Shown in pieces: positions 48,343 through 58,074 of a stretch of DNA of 64,000 nucleotides. The DNA is from Minisyncoccota bacterium (lineage in GTDB: Bacteria; Patescibacteriota; Minisyncoccia; Phycocordibacterales; UBA9973). Location of the stretch: assembly GCA_041664465.1 (NCBI GenBank), contig JBAYKP010000003.1:19405-83404 (forward strand). The letters run 5' to 3'. The notes under the pieces were generated by a model. The model did not search any database. It saw only the letters and a program-made list of their open reading frames with translations, and was not told the origin of the DNA. Every line of letters starts with the position of its first letter. Within the stretch, counting starts at the first letter, position 1. The translations under genes and the position numbers were made by a program.

Positions 48343-48897
48343 TTAATTTTTAGATTTTTTAAAGCCTTTGAATACAAAATAAAGAGAAATAATTTGTAAT
48401 GCTACAAATATCCATTTATTTTGTATTGTCATTAAAATTCCCATACTGACATTCATAACTGCAAAAAATAACCATCCCTTCCCATTTCTTTTTGCAAGTA
48501 AATATGTACCTGCTAGATATCCGATGGTGACTCCACATTCAAGAATTTGTGTTAGTAAAATTGTTCCATGACTTTCGTATATACTGTACACGATCCCAAT
48601 AATTATTAACATCCAAACAAAAATCTTGACTACCGTATCTATTCTGGGCGAATAATTATGTTTTTGAGTAGTTACAATAATTCCAAGAATCATTGATGGA
48701 GCACCTCCCAATTCAATTGTCATAGCAATCCAATTATGGTTTTGTTCTAAAACAATAATCCAAGCTGGTATTCCAATTAAATATGCTAACCACCCAATTC
48801 TGCGCCACTTAGAATTTTCTTTTCCTTCAGCATTTGAAAGGAAAATTTTTGCAAGGAGATAAAAAATACCTCCCCATAATTGCAATACAATGTTCAT
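48343..48897 (-). CDS. PnuC-like membrane protein (internally duplicated)
   Basis: Two repeats of L....GW.......W in a polytopic protein; SD GAGGAGGT before ATG 48897. Confidence 0.55.
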   Translation of the reverse strand: MNIVLQLWGGIFYLLAKIFLSNAEGKENSKWRRIGWLAYLIGIPAWIIVLEQNHNWIAMTIELGGAPSMILGIIVTTQKHNYSPRIDTVVKIFVWMLIIIGIVYSIYESHGTILLTQILECGVTIGYLAGTYLLAKRNGKGWLFFAVMNVSMGILMTIQNKWIFVALQIISLYFVFKGFKKSKN

Positions 48898-49087
48898 TTT
48901 TACCTCCTCTTTTTTGTTTTGAGTAACAGTACTCATTAATAATATAAAAAATAAAAATTTATTTGTCAAGTAATTTAAACAATAAAGACTTAAAATATAC
49001 CTATAATACATACTTAAAATTAAGCATTACATATTCTGTTCGCAGGTATTGACAAAATATGGGGCTTTAATATATACTTAGAATACT

Positions 49088-49861
49088 ATGAATGAAAATT
49101 TAGATATAAAGAAAAGTCTCGAATATATAGGCTTCTCCGAGAAGGAAGTTGTGGTGTATTTGGCATTACTTTCTTTGGGGAAAGGGACTGTCACAGAGAT
49201 ATCAAGAAAGGCTGGAATCAATCGCCCGACTGGGTATCATGTGCTCGCTTCCCTATCAACCAAAGAGCTAGTGAAGGTCTCTGGCAAAGAACCAAAGCAA
49301 GAATATGTAGCCGAATCTCCAGACCAAATAGAGAAACTTTTGCAAGATAAAATAGAAGAAGATCAAAAGTTTATAAATGAAGCAAGGAAGATTATTCCTG
49401 AACTTAAATCTATACACAATGTAGCAGATAGACCAAAAGTATTTTTCTATGAAGGAGTTGAAGGATTAAAGAAAGTTTACGAGGATACTCTCACCTCTCA
49501 TGAAGCTATAAGAGCTTATGCTACGGTTGATGATATGCATGAAGGCATACCACATTATTTCCCAGAGTATTATAAGCGACGTGCAGGGGCAGGTATTGCT
49601 ATTCGTGCAATAACTCCAAAGACAGAAATTGGTATTGAAAGAAGAAGTCATGATGCCGAAGAGAAAAGAGAAATGGCTTTTGTCCCAAAAGATAAATACT
49701 ACTTTTCTCCAGAAATAAATATTTATGATAATAAAGTTATGATAGCTTCTTGGCGAGAGAAGCTCGGCATCATTATAGAAAGTGCCGAAATTGCCGACGC
49801 GATGAAAAAGATATATGAACTCTCTTGGTCCGAAGCTAAGAGGTTGGATAAAGAAATTTAA
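49088..49861 (+). CDS. TrmB-family transcriptional regulator
   Basis: GFSEKE..VYLALL..G...EIS..AGINRPT.Y HTH; FYEG.EG; IYDNKV; promoter TTGACA 49049 / TATACT 49073. Confidence 0.88.
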   Translation: MNENLDIKKSLEYIGFSEKEVVVYLALLSLGKGTVTEISRKAGINRPTGYHVLASLSTKELVKVSGKEPKQEYVAESPDQIEKLLQDKIEEDQKFINEARKIIPELKSIHNVADRPKVFFYEGVEGLKKVYEDTLTSHEAIRAYATVDDMHEGIPHYFPEYYKRRAGAGIAIRAITPKTEIGIERRSHDAEEKREMAFVPKDKYYFSPEINIYDNKVMIASWREKLGIIIESAEIADAMKKIYELSWSEAKRLDKEI

Positions 49862-49908
49862 AAAAGTTCTGAATGTGTACCAATATCAAAAACTAGTAAG
49901 ACTAGCAT
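49858..49908 (-). pseudogene. YafQ-family toxin remnant (16 codons)
   Basis: MLVLLVFDIGTHSELF* directly after dinJ; GTHSELF is the YafQ C-terminal signature. Confidence 0.75.
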
Positions 49909-49909
49909 G

Positions 49910-50191
49910 TCATTTTTTATTTTGTATATCATCAATCATTTCTTTGGCAGAAGAAAATCTTTTACCATGTTTGATAGCATACTGTGCTTCTTTCTCATAT
50001 TCTTTTAGCATTTCGGGAGTATATTTATGCATAAAACCAAAAGGGCATATATAGGTAGTGTTATTTGGGCTACTTACTTGATTTAAAAGATATTTAATTC
50101 CAGATGATAAATCTAGGCCCATATTTTTAAAAGCTTTTTGAGCTTTTGATTTTGTTGTCTGGTCTATTCTTATTTGTATTGTTGTATTCAT
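49910..50191 (-). CDS. RelB/DinJ-family antitoxin
   Basis: MNTTIQIRID...K..A...F..MGLDLSS.I RHH; palindromic operator 50210-50232. Confidence 0.85.
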   Translation of the reverse strand: MNTTIQIRIDQTTKSKAQKAFKNMGLDLSSGIKYLLNQVSSPNNTTYICPFGFMHKYTPEMLKEYEKEAQYAIKHGKRFSSAKEMIDDIQNKK

Positions 50192-50233
50192 ATTTTATAT
50201 AATACTCCCTTGTAATGACAATGTCAATACAAG

Positions 50234-51802
50234 TTAACTTTCTCTCGGTCTATATTGAAGAGCTTCTAAAATATGAGATTGAGAGATATCAACACTGCCT
50301 TCTAGGTCGGCAATGGTGCGGGCGAGCTTGATGGTGCGGTGGTAGGCACGAGCGGAGAGTTGCAGACGTTCAGCACTTTGATTTAGAAGTTTCTTGGTCT
50401 CATTATCGAGCGGTGCATAAATATTTAATTCTTTCACATTCATCTCGCTGTTCGTATTTATTTTCCTTGGAGAATTTTTAAATCTTTTTGTTTGTATTTC
50501 GCGAGCATTCTTTACTCTCTCTTTTATTGTATTCGTTTTCTCTCCTTCTTGTCCTATGGAGGAAAGCTTTTCATAATCTACATTCCCCACTATTACCCAG
50601 ATATCTATACGATCCATTATAGGTCCGGAAAGTTTCCTTTTATATCTATCTAGGTCGCCTTGTTTACAAATACAATCCTTCTGCTTATTGCCTTTATTGC
50701 CACAAGGGCAAGGATTCATAGCAGCAACGAGGATAAAGTTGGAAGGAAATATTGCCGAGCCCTTGGCACGAGAAATAGAAACGATGTTGTCTTCAAGTGG
50801 CTGGCGTAGTGACTCTAAAACTTTCTTTTCAAATTCTGGAAATTCATCAAGGAAAAGTACTCCTCGGTGAGCCAAAGTTACTTCGCCAGGTTTAGGATTG
50901 ACTCCGCCACCAATCATAGAGACGTAGCTTGCAGTATGATGTGGGGCTCGAAATGGTGGATCAGTAATGATGGCATCTTCTAGAAGTCCTACCACAGAAT
51001 GTATACCTGTAATTTCTAAGCAATCATCTTTCTCTAGATCAGGAAGTATTTGCGAGAAGACTCGGGCTAGCATTGTCTTGCCCGTTCCTGGAGGACCTGA
51101 CATTGCGATATTGTGCCCACCACTCGCTGCAATTTCAAGCCCTCTCTTGGCTCCTTCTTGACCTTTGATATCAGAGAAGTCGATATTGTTTTCTTTTTCT
51201 TTGTGAATAATTTCTGTCTTAGGTTGAGGAATTATTTTTGGTCTTTCTGGTTCAAGCAAATTTCCTTTCCTATCTTTTTTTGATATATAAATGTGGTCTA
51301 TCACTTCTTTCAAATTCTTCACACCATATATAGTGATGCCATCTACTAAGGCGGCTTCGGAGGCATTGTCTATCGGCAAGAATATTTCTTTGTATCCAAG
51401 CTTCTTGGCTTCTTGTGTAAGAGGCAATGCTCCTTTTATTGGCCTCAATTCTCCATTTAAAGAAAGTTCTCCTAGGAATATTCGCCCTTCGGGGTCAAAC
51501 TTTATTTCTTCTGCTGAAAGTAAGTATGCAAGTGCAATAGCTAAGTCAAAATATGGTCCTTCTTTCTTAAGGTCTGCTGGAGATAGAGAAATAACGACTT
51601 TCTGATTTTGATTCTTGGGGGATTCAAAGCCTGAATTTTTCAAAGCCGAGCTCATTCTATCTTTTGATTCATCGACGGCCTTATCGGGAAGTCCAACCAA
51701 CGTAAAAGAATGCAAAGTTTTCTTTGTAATGTCTACTTCTACTGTGACAATCTTGCCTTTTAGGAGATGTGTTTGTGCAGAATATATTCTTGAAAACGAC
51801 AT
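50234..51802 (-). CDS. comM: YifB/ComM Mg-chelatase-like AAA+ protein
   Basis: VGLPD.AV.ES, LSPADL.KEG, GPPGTGKT, PFRAPHH, LFLDEFPEF, AMNPCPCG and SAR.Y.R motifs. Confidence 0.92.
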   Translation of the reverse strand: MSFSRIYSAQTHLLKGKIVTVEVDITKKTLHSFTLVGLPDKAVDESKDRMSSALKNSGFESPKNQNQKVVISLSPADLKKEGPYFDLAIALAYLLSAEEIKFDPEGRIFLGELSLNGELRPIKGALPLTQEAKKLGYKEIFLPIDNASEAALVDGITIYGVKNLKEVIDHIYISKKDRKGNLLEPERPKIIPQPKTEIIHKEKENNIDFSDIKGQEGAKRGLEIAASGGHNIAMSGPPGTGKTMLARVFSQILPDLEKDDCLEITGIHSVVGLLEDAIITDPPFRAPHHTASYVSMIGGGVNPKPGEVTLAHRGVLFLDEFPEFEKKVLESLRQPLEDNIVSISRAKGSAIFPSNFILVAAMNPCPCGNKGNKQKDCICKQGDLDRYKRKLSGPIMDRIDIWVIVGNVDYEKLSSIGQEGEKTNTIKERVKNAREIQTKRFKNSPRKINTNSEMNVKELNIYAPLDNETKKLLNQSAERLQLSARAYHRTIKLARTIADLEGSVDISQSHILEALQYRPRES

Positions 51803-51810
51803 ATATTGTT

Positions 51811-51829
51811 CCCTAGGTCCGACCTAGGG
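51811..51829. repeat. Family C mini-hairpin (intergenic)
   Basis: CCCTAGGTCCGACCTAGGG; inverse copy at 58484-58504. Confidence 0.8.
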
Positions 51830-51839
51830 TCTATAAAAA

Positions 51840-52202
51840 CTAAACAACTTTCTCCATACAAGACATACAAGTTTTCGCACTTGGATTCACTTCTAATCTT
51901 TCTTCTTCTATTTTATTGTGGCAGATTTCACATACCCCATATGTCCCAATCTCTATCTTGGATAACGCACTTTGTATATCATTTAATCTAGATTCTAATG
52001 CAGAAAGAGTACTTGATTTCTCCTCATAATCTTCGGCTCTATCTGCCAAGTCTCCTTCATCAGGTACATCTTGAGTACTGACTTCACTTTCAGGGGTAGC
52101 TTCCCAGTCGCCTGTCTCATCCTTCTTGCCGAGTGAGGCTAGCTCTTCTTCCAATAACTTTTTCTCTTCTTCTAATTTTGTTTTATGTGTATTTGTGTTC
52201 AT
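51840..52202 (-). CDS. TraR/DksA C4-type zinc finger protein
   Basis: D..D.A, AL.KI..GTYG.CE.C...I..ERL...P.A.TC..C motifs. Confidence 0.88.
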   Translation of the reverse strand: MNTNTHKTKLEEEKKLLEEELASLGKKDETGDWEATPESEVSTQDVPDEGDLADRAEDYEEKSSTLSALESRLNDIQSALSKIEIGTYGVCEICHNKIEEERLEVNPSAKTCMSCMEKVV

Positions 52203-52240
52203 ATTTTTATTTTATCATTATTATGGATAAATTAGCAATT

Positions 52241-53119
52241 TTATAACGGCTTGATATTTTTTATTATTAATCTTGCAATTATTTCTTTTATGGTGTCTTC
52301 ACTATCTGCTATGATGAGATTATTTTTATCGTTAAACATATAGTACAGTATTGGCACGTCACTCTCATTAGAGAGGACTCTGGCATCTTTATTATTGATA
52401 ATAATATCTTTCCATTGTCTTGCATTTAATTGCAGGATACTTTCTTTGGTATTGAGTTCAAATAATGAGAACATATCTCTTGCTAATGTTTTCTCCCATT
52501 CCAGCATTCCAGCATAAGTATACTCGTAATCTTTCGTCTGGAATATTAAGAATAATTTCTTGTTATACATTCCTATCATATATGAAGGGGACAAAGATCT
52601 GACAAGTGATGAAGGGGCAGTGAAATTCATCTCAGAGAAAATTTCAGGGGCTCCTAGCTTTTCTTTCACACCATTTGCATCTTTCGTTATGGAGATAAGT
52701 CGGATTGAATTTTCTTTATCCACGACACTCGCATCTTTTTTCAGGGCGTTTACTTTCTCTACTAGATTATTAGTATTAGTCGCATCTATGAAAGAGTTCG
52801 CATCATAAGAAATTATTGATTCTTCCTTCACTACTTCTACGACGGTATTATCTATCGCTTTTTGTTTGAGGATATAATACACTCCGAAGATAGCCACCGC
52901 AATTAGAAGTAATCCGCCAATGAACCAGAAAGTTTTCTTGGCAGGAGTGCCTTCTATTTTCTTGTAGATATCTTCTCGCTCGTGTTTATTCTGTTCTGCA
53001 AGGGCAACTTTAATAACAGAGATTTCATTTTGTCGTACAGTGTCAGCCATATCAGAGAGATAAGTTCTGACAGTTTTTAGATTTTCTCCGTTATTATGTT
53101 GTTGATTATTTTCATCCAT
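52241..53119 (-). CDS. Hypothetical membrane-anchored protein
   Basis: RTY..D.A, one TM, AGML.WE and D..I.NKD.R motifs; follows pnp. Confidence 0.7.
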   Translation of the reverse strand: MDENNQQHNNGENLKTVRTYLSDMADTVRQNEISVIKVALAEQNKHEREDIYKKIEGTPAKKTFWFIGGLLLIAVAIFGVYYILKQKAIDNTVVEVVKEESIISYDANSFIDATNTNNLVEKVNALKKDASVVDKENSIRLISITKDANGVKEKLGAPEIFSEMNFTAPSSLVRSLSPSYMIGMYNKKLFLIFQTKDYEYTYAGMLEWEKTLARDMFSLFELNTKESILQLNARQWKDIIINNKDARVLSNESDVPILYYMFNDKNNLIIADSEDTIKEIIARLIIKNIKPL

Positions 53120-55246
53120 TTATATTTTTGGTTTAAAGAAATCTTTATTTGCTTCTTTAATAGAAAGATTGAGTCTGCCTCTCTCATCTACTTTTATTAT
53201 TTTTACTGGTACAATATCTCCTTCTTTAATAATATCAGAAACTTTCTCTACTCGGAATGGGGCAATCTCTGATATGTGGACTAGCCCTTCTGTCTCTCCA
53301 CTTATCTTTACAAAAGCACCAAAGTCCATAAGCTTGACCACGACCCCTTCGGCTACTTCCCCTATTTTATATTCATGAGTCATCTCTTCAATTATTTTAA
53401 CAGCCTTCTCTGCTCCGCCATTCTTGCCAGTAACGAAGACCGTGCCATCTTCTTCTATTGTTATCTCTGTGCCGGTCTCTTCACGGATGGCATTTATATT
53501 CTTGCCTCCTGGGCCGATGACCATACCTATCTGATCTTTTTTAATTTTGACAGTCAGAATCATCGGTGCATTCGGAGAAATATTTGCTCTTGGTTCGGCA
53601 ATTTCTTTTGTGATAGTTTCAAGAATTTGTAGACGAGCAGTCTTGGCACGAAGTAAGGCCGCTTTCAAAATTTCAATTTGAACGCCATCCACTTTCACGT
53701 CTAGTTGTATTGCGGTAATTCCATTTTTAGTTCCTGCAACTTTGAAGTCCATATCGCCGTAGTGATCCTCTGGTCCTTGGATGTCAGTTAAGAGAACATA
53801 TTTGTTTACATCACTCTCGTCTGCCATAAGTCCGACAGAGATTCCAGCGACCGGAGTCTTGATCGGCACACCACCATCCATGAGAGCAATAGTTGCTGCG
53901 CAGATGGATGCTTGAGAAGTAGAACCATTGGAGGCTGTTGATTCAGAGACGACACGAATCGTATAAGGGAAATTTATTTTATTTGGAATGACAGGAGTCA
54001 GAGCTTTCTCTGCGAGGAATCCATGCCCCATCTCTCTTCTATTTATTCCACCGACTCTTCCTGTCTCACCTCCTGAATATGGAGGGAAATTATAATGATG
54101 CATAAAACGTTTCTTGGATTCTGATTCCATTCCCTGCACGATTAACATATCTTCTGGTCCACCAAGAGCGAGGACTGAGAGCACATGAGTCTCTCCTCGA
54201 TAGAAGATTCCTGATCCGTGCAACACAGGAGATACACCTCCTGCTTTAGCAAAGAGTGGTCTTACTTCATCTACCTTTCTACCATCAGCACGAATATTTT
54301 TCTCGAGTGCCATCTTGTGAAACGAAGCATCTAGATAATGGTGGAGGTAATCTTCCGAGGCACTTTTGATAGCATCTTTCTCTTCTTCGGGATATTTTGC
54401 GTCAAGAATTTCTCCCCAAAGTTTCTCCATTTCACTTGTAACTTTTTTACTTTCGTTACTGAAAAGTTTCTCATCAAGTGCGGGCTTTATCTTTTCATCA
54501 AAGAGAGTGATGATATCTTTCTCTACTTCTATTTTAGGGAATACTAATTTTTCTTTTCCTAATTCTTTTTGTAACATCTTTTGGAATTCTTCCCACTTTG
54601 TAATCTCGAGAGAAGCGAGATCAAAACATTTACCGATCTCATCTTCAGAAAGCTCGTACGCCATCGCTTCTATCATATTGATAGTTTTATCTTTCCCGCA
54701 AACAGAAAGATCAAGGTCATAGACAGATTCATCGGCATTTGGAATGTAATGATTTACTTTCAATGTTCCATCTTCTTTTGTTTTACTTATTTGAACTGCT
54801 CCGATAGGTCCGTTCCAAGGAATGTTGGAAGTATGAAGTGCAATAGATGCAGCATTCACTCCTAATATTTTTGGATCAGTATTTCCGACAGCAATAACTG
54901 TAATAATAACTTGGACAGCATTCTTAATATGCTGATCGAAAAGTGGACGGATAGTACGATCTATCACGCGAGCTGCGAGGATGGCTTGGTCGCTTGGTCT
55001 GCCCTCTCGCTTGTTGTACTGACCGCCGAGAATTTTCCCAGCGGCGTAGAACTTTTCTAAATATTCAACTGTTAGATTGAAGAATCCAAGATTCTTGCTT
55101 CCATCTTTTGAGATGACGGCTGTCGCCATTACGACTGTCCCCTCACTTTTCAATATCACCGAACCATTTGCTTGATTGGCTAGGTCAGAGAACATTGCGA
55201 CAATTTTCTTGCCACCAATTTCTACTTCATATTCTTTACTTTGCAT
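53120..55246 (-). CDS. pnp: Polyribonucleotide nucleotidyltransferase
   Basis: QANGSV, R.IDR..RPLF, HYNFPPYS, SNGSTS, GDMDFKVAGT, plus KH and S1 domains. Confidence 0.97.
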   Translation of the reverse strand: MQSKEYEVEIGGKKIVAMFSDLANQANGSVILKSEGTVVMATAVISKDGSKNLGFFNLTVEYLEKFYAAGKILGGQYNKREGRPSDQAILAARVIDRTIRPLFDQHIKNAVQVIITVIAVGNTDPKILGVNAASIALHTSNIPWNGPIGAVQISKTKEDGTLKVNHYIPNADESVYDLDLSVCGKDKTINMIEAMAYELSEDEIGKCFDLASLEITKWEEFQKMLQKELGKEKLVFPKIEVEKDIITLFDEKIKPALDEKLFSNESKKVTSEMEKLWGEILDAKYPEEEKDAIKSASEDYLHHYLDASFHKMALEKNIRADGRKVDEVRPLFAKAGGVSPVLHGSGIFYRGETHVLSVLALGGPEDMLIVQGMESESKKRFMHHYNFPPYSGGETGRVGGINRREMGHGFLAEKALTPVIPNKINFPYTIRVVSESTASNGSTSQASICAATIALMDGGVPIKTPVAGISVGLMADESDVNKYVLLTDIQGPEDHYGDMDFKVAGTKNGITAIQLDVKVDGVQIEILKAALLRAKTARLQILETITKEIAEPRANISPNAPMILTVKIKKDQIGMVIGPGGKNINAIREETGTEITIEEDGTVFVTGKNGGAEKAVKIIEEMTHEYKIGEVAEGVVVKLMDFGAFVKISGETEGLVHISEIAPFRVEKVSDIIKEGDIVPVKIIKVDERGRLNLSIKEANKDFFKPKI

Positions 55247-55255
55247 AATAATTTA

Positions 55256-55334
55256 TAGCTACTCTCCAGACTCTAGTTTTGAAACCCATTTTACTTACCC
55301 GTGGCTTCAACTCTAATTGTCCGAAGATTAACTA
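55256..55334 (-). promoter_or_regulatory. Long stem-loop in the pnp leader
   Basis: Minus strand TAGTTA.TCTTCGGAC..TTAGAGTTGAAGCC pairs with GGTTTCAAAACTAG.GTCTGGAGA.TAGCTA. Confidence 0.6.
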
Positions 55335-55412
55335 GGTTATCTTTTAATGGGGGTATTATAACACAAATCTGTTATTTTATAAAGCTCTGATTATTGTGCT
55401 ATATTTAGTTTT

Positions 55413-55979
55413 ATGGCAATAATTATTTTTGATTTTGATGATACTCTTTTTGAGACTCATAAGCTGAAAGATTCTATTTTTAAAAAAATAAAATCTTTTG
55501 GAGTATCTCATGAAATTATTTTGAGTACCTACAAAGAAGCAGTTGAGAAGTTTGATCATTATACCCCGATCAATCATATCTCAATTATTAATGAGATGGA
55601 CGAGTTTAATATTCCAGATTATGACATAGAAAAAATTAATGATATTGATTTTAGTTTTCATGAGATTGATGAAACACGCAAAATCCTTCTAGATTTATCA
55701 AAAAAGCATACACTCATTCTTCTAACATTAGGAGACAAAAATTTTCAAGAACTTAAAATTATTAATTCTGGTTTTGCTTCGTGTTTTAGTGAGATTCATA
55801 TTGTTTTCAAGAAAAAAGAAAATTTTCTTAAAGAAAAGAATTTTCAAGGGGATGTGTATTTTATAAATGATAAAAAATCTGAAAATGAAATAATAAGGAA
55901 AATGTTCCCCCATATCCAAGTTATTGATTTTGACATAAAAAATCAGGGAAGCCTTAGTAGACTCCCCTTCATTTCTTAA
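55413..55979 (+). CDS. HAD-superfamily hydrolase
   Basis: IIFDFDDTLF motif I, LLT.G, Q..KI and FIND. Confidence 0.8.
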   Translation: MAIIIFDFDDTLFETHKLKDSIFKKIKSFGVSHEIILSTYKEAVEKFDHYTPINHISIINEMDEFNIPDYDIEKINDIDFSFHEIDETRKILLDLSKKHTLILLTLGDKNFQELKIINSGFASCFSEIHIVFKKKENFLKEKNFQGDVYFINDKKSENEIIRKMFPHIQVIDFDIKNQGSLSRLPFIS

Positions 55980-55981
55980 TA

Positions 55982-56959
55982 TTATAGATCACATCCCGAT
56001 GGGCCGTTACCAGCCCCTCTCATCGTGATTTTTTTACCTGCCACTTTCGCGGCAAAGTAAATAGCCTCTTTTATTTCTTCTTCTGTAATTTCCAGAATTG
56101 ATTTCCCAGTTTTTACAAAAAATGAAATTAAAGATCCAGCGAACCAGTCGCCGGCGCCTGTAGGGAATATTTCTTCTCCATCAAAAATATAATCAGTATA
56201 AGCATCAAATTTCTCTGTTACCTCTGTTACATTATTTGAGAGTGAATATTTTCCGCCATCTCTGTCTTTAGTTACAACCACAAGGGATACTCCGAACATT
56301 TTTTGGATATCTGCTCTTGACCCAATTTCCTTATAGTGTGTACATGCTTCGTATTCAGCATGATTTATAACTAAGACATCTGTTTGTCTTAACAAATTAA
56401 AGAAAATTTCTTTTGATTGGATTAGATCCATTCTCGGATTCAAATATCTGAATCCTTTGTGATTTTCTCCAAAAAGAGCTTTTACTAAATCTGATTCAGA
56501 CGGTCGCGTACCAGTGGCAATTTTCCAAACATTTTTTCCTACATCCTGTTCTATAATTTTGATGCAGTCAGAAATTTTACTCGGCAGTAGATTCCCTTTA
56601 TATCCGAATACTTGAGAGGATTTTTTTATTCCGTCTATGGGTATAAACCCCATATGTCCCTGTTCAAGTATTGGGAATTCAACTGTTTGGATTTTTTCAT
56701 GCGAATACTTTAGAGCATAACGGAAACAATGAGTATAAAAATCATCATTGTATCCAGTTAAAGTATAAAGCGTACTTTGTATTCCCATTTTTGCCATTGC
56801 TTTGGCGACGTTTGATGACGTCCCACCAAGTTCGCAGGTCATTTCCTCTAAAGGAGCCTTTTCAGATTCCTCAAGTCTATTTATGCGAACTATTATTTCT
56901 GGGTTCGCAGAAAACCCAATGAATGCCATAGGTTTCCCAATTTCTTTTACCTTTTCCAT
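55982..56959 (-). CDS. PfkB-family carbohydrate kinase
   Basis: GG..SNVA.A.A.MG, N..E, VVT....G and PTGAGDWF motifs. Confidence 0.85.
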   Translation of the reverse strand: MEKVKEIGKPMAFIGFSANPEIIVRINRLEESEKAPLEEMTCELGGTSSNVAKAMAKMGIQSTLYTLTGYNDDFYTHCFRYALKYSHEKIQTVEFPILEQGHMGFIPIDGIKKSSQVFGYKGNLLPSKISDCIKIIEQDVGKNVWKIATGTRPSESDLVKALFGENHKGFRYLNPRMDLIQSKEIFFNLLRQTDVLVINHAEYEACTHYKEIGSRADIQKMFGVSLVVVTKDRDGGKYSLSNNVTEVTEKFDAYTDYIFDGEEIFPTGAGDWFAGSLISFFVKTGKSILEITEEEIKEAIYFAAKVAGKKITMRGAGNGPSGCDL

Positions 56960-57053
56960 AATAATGTACAGTTTTGATTAAAATTTATTTTATATTAATT
57001 TGATTTTAATTTTTTTCTTCATCCTATTCTTTTTTTATCATTTAGTCAAAAAT

Positions 57054-57082
57054 AAAAACACCTCTAAATTAGAGGTGTTTTT
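57054..57082. terminator. Intrinsic terminator downstream of the NYN gene
   Basis: AAAAACACCTCTA-AAT-TAGAGGTGTTTTT. Confidence 0.75.
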
Positions 57083-57093
57083 TGGGCTATATT

Positions 57094-57591
57094 TTAATAC
57101 ATCAGATATTTTCTCGGATTAGCAGATAGGTCGAGGAAGTCGTCGGCAACTTCTTTTAATTTCATTGAAGTTGATTTGCCGAATGAGATTACTTCTACTT
57201 GCGTTGTATTCTTTAAATATTCAACTAATGGAACGAAGTCACCATCACCAGTTATTAAAATTACCGCGTCAATTCGTGCAGCCATAATAATAGCATCTAC
57301 AGTAATTCCTACATCCCAATCCCCCTTCTTTGCTCCACCCGCAAATATTTGCAAGTCTTTGGTCTTTGTCTCTATCCCTAATTTTGTTAATGCATCAAAA
57401 AAGTTTTTCTCTTCACCTCCTTCACTTGTTATCACATATGCGATAGCACGGACAAGCTTCCTCCCTGCGACAGCATCTCTTAGAACAGCCCCGAAGTTTA
57501 CTTTCCTTTTATATAAATTTTTGGCAGAGTGATATAGGTTTGATGTATCTATGAAAACTCCGACCCTCTGTTCTTTTTGTTTTATTATCAT
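57094..57591 (-). CDS. NYN domain (LabA/DUF88) protein
   Basis: FID.SNLY, K.DWDV.I..D, TGDGDF.PL and L...AD.F motifs. Confidence 0.9.
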   Translation of the reverse strand: MIIKQKEQRVGVFIDTSNLYHSAKNLYKRKVNFGAVLRDAVAGRKLVRAIAYVITSEGGEEKNFFDALTKLGIETKTKDLQIFAGGAKKGDWDVGITVDAIIMAARIDAVILITGDGDFVPLVEYLKNTTQVEVISFGKSTSMKLKEVADDFLDLSANPRKYLMY

Positions 57592-57640
57592 ATATTACTA
57601 TTATAGCAAAATAAAAAGCCTCTTGCGAGACTTCTTATTA

Positions 57641-57901
57641 TTAAGCTTTAATTTTTTTAATTTCTTTCTCGTGGCGACTCTTGTCTGTCTTCTCTAAGTA
57701 TTTAAGGTGAGTTCTCCTGTCTGCTACCATTTTGATAAGTCCACGGCGTGAATGGTTGTCTTTCTTGTGGATTTTAAGGTGGTCGGCTAATTCGTCAATT
57801 CTTTTAGATAGAACGGCAATCTGCACCTCTGGGCTTCCTGTATCTTTATCATGAAGCTGATTCTTCTTTATAATATTTTGCTTTTTCTTTGTTGTTAACA
57901 T
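57641..57901 (-). CDS. rpsO: 30S ribosomal protein S15
   Basis: [22 protein letters not shown] motifs. Confidence 0.96.
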   Translation of the reverse strand: MLTTKKKQNIIKKNQLHDKDTGSPEVQIAVLSKRIDELADHLKIHKKDNHSRRGLIKMVADRRTHLKYLEKTDKSRHEKEIKKIKA

Positions 57902-57948
57902 GATTGGCATATAGTAGCATAAAATCTTGGTAATTGCAAGGGGGTGTT

Positions 57949-58043
57949 CCCCCTCCCCTTACTAAGGGGAGGGTTGGGGAGGGGTTCCTAATTAATTAAG
58001 AACCTCCCCTCAATCCCCTCCTTGGTAAGGAGGGGAGGAATTA
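57949..58043. repeat. Family A palindromic repeat
   Basis: CCCTCCCCTTACTAAGGGGAGGG...GTTCCTAATTAATTAAGAAC...CCCCTCCTTGGTAAGGAGGGGAGGAATTA. Confidence 0.9.
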
Positions 58044-58074
58044 AATTCATATGGTATAATTATTGTGCGACATT

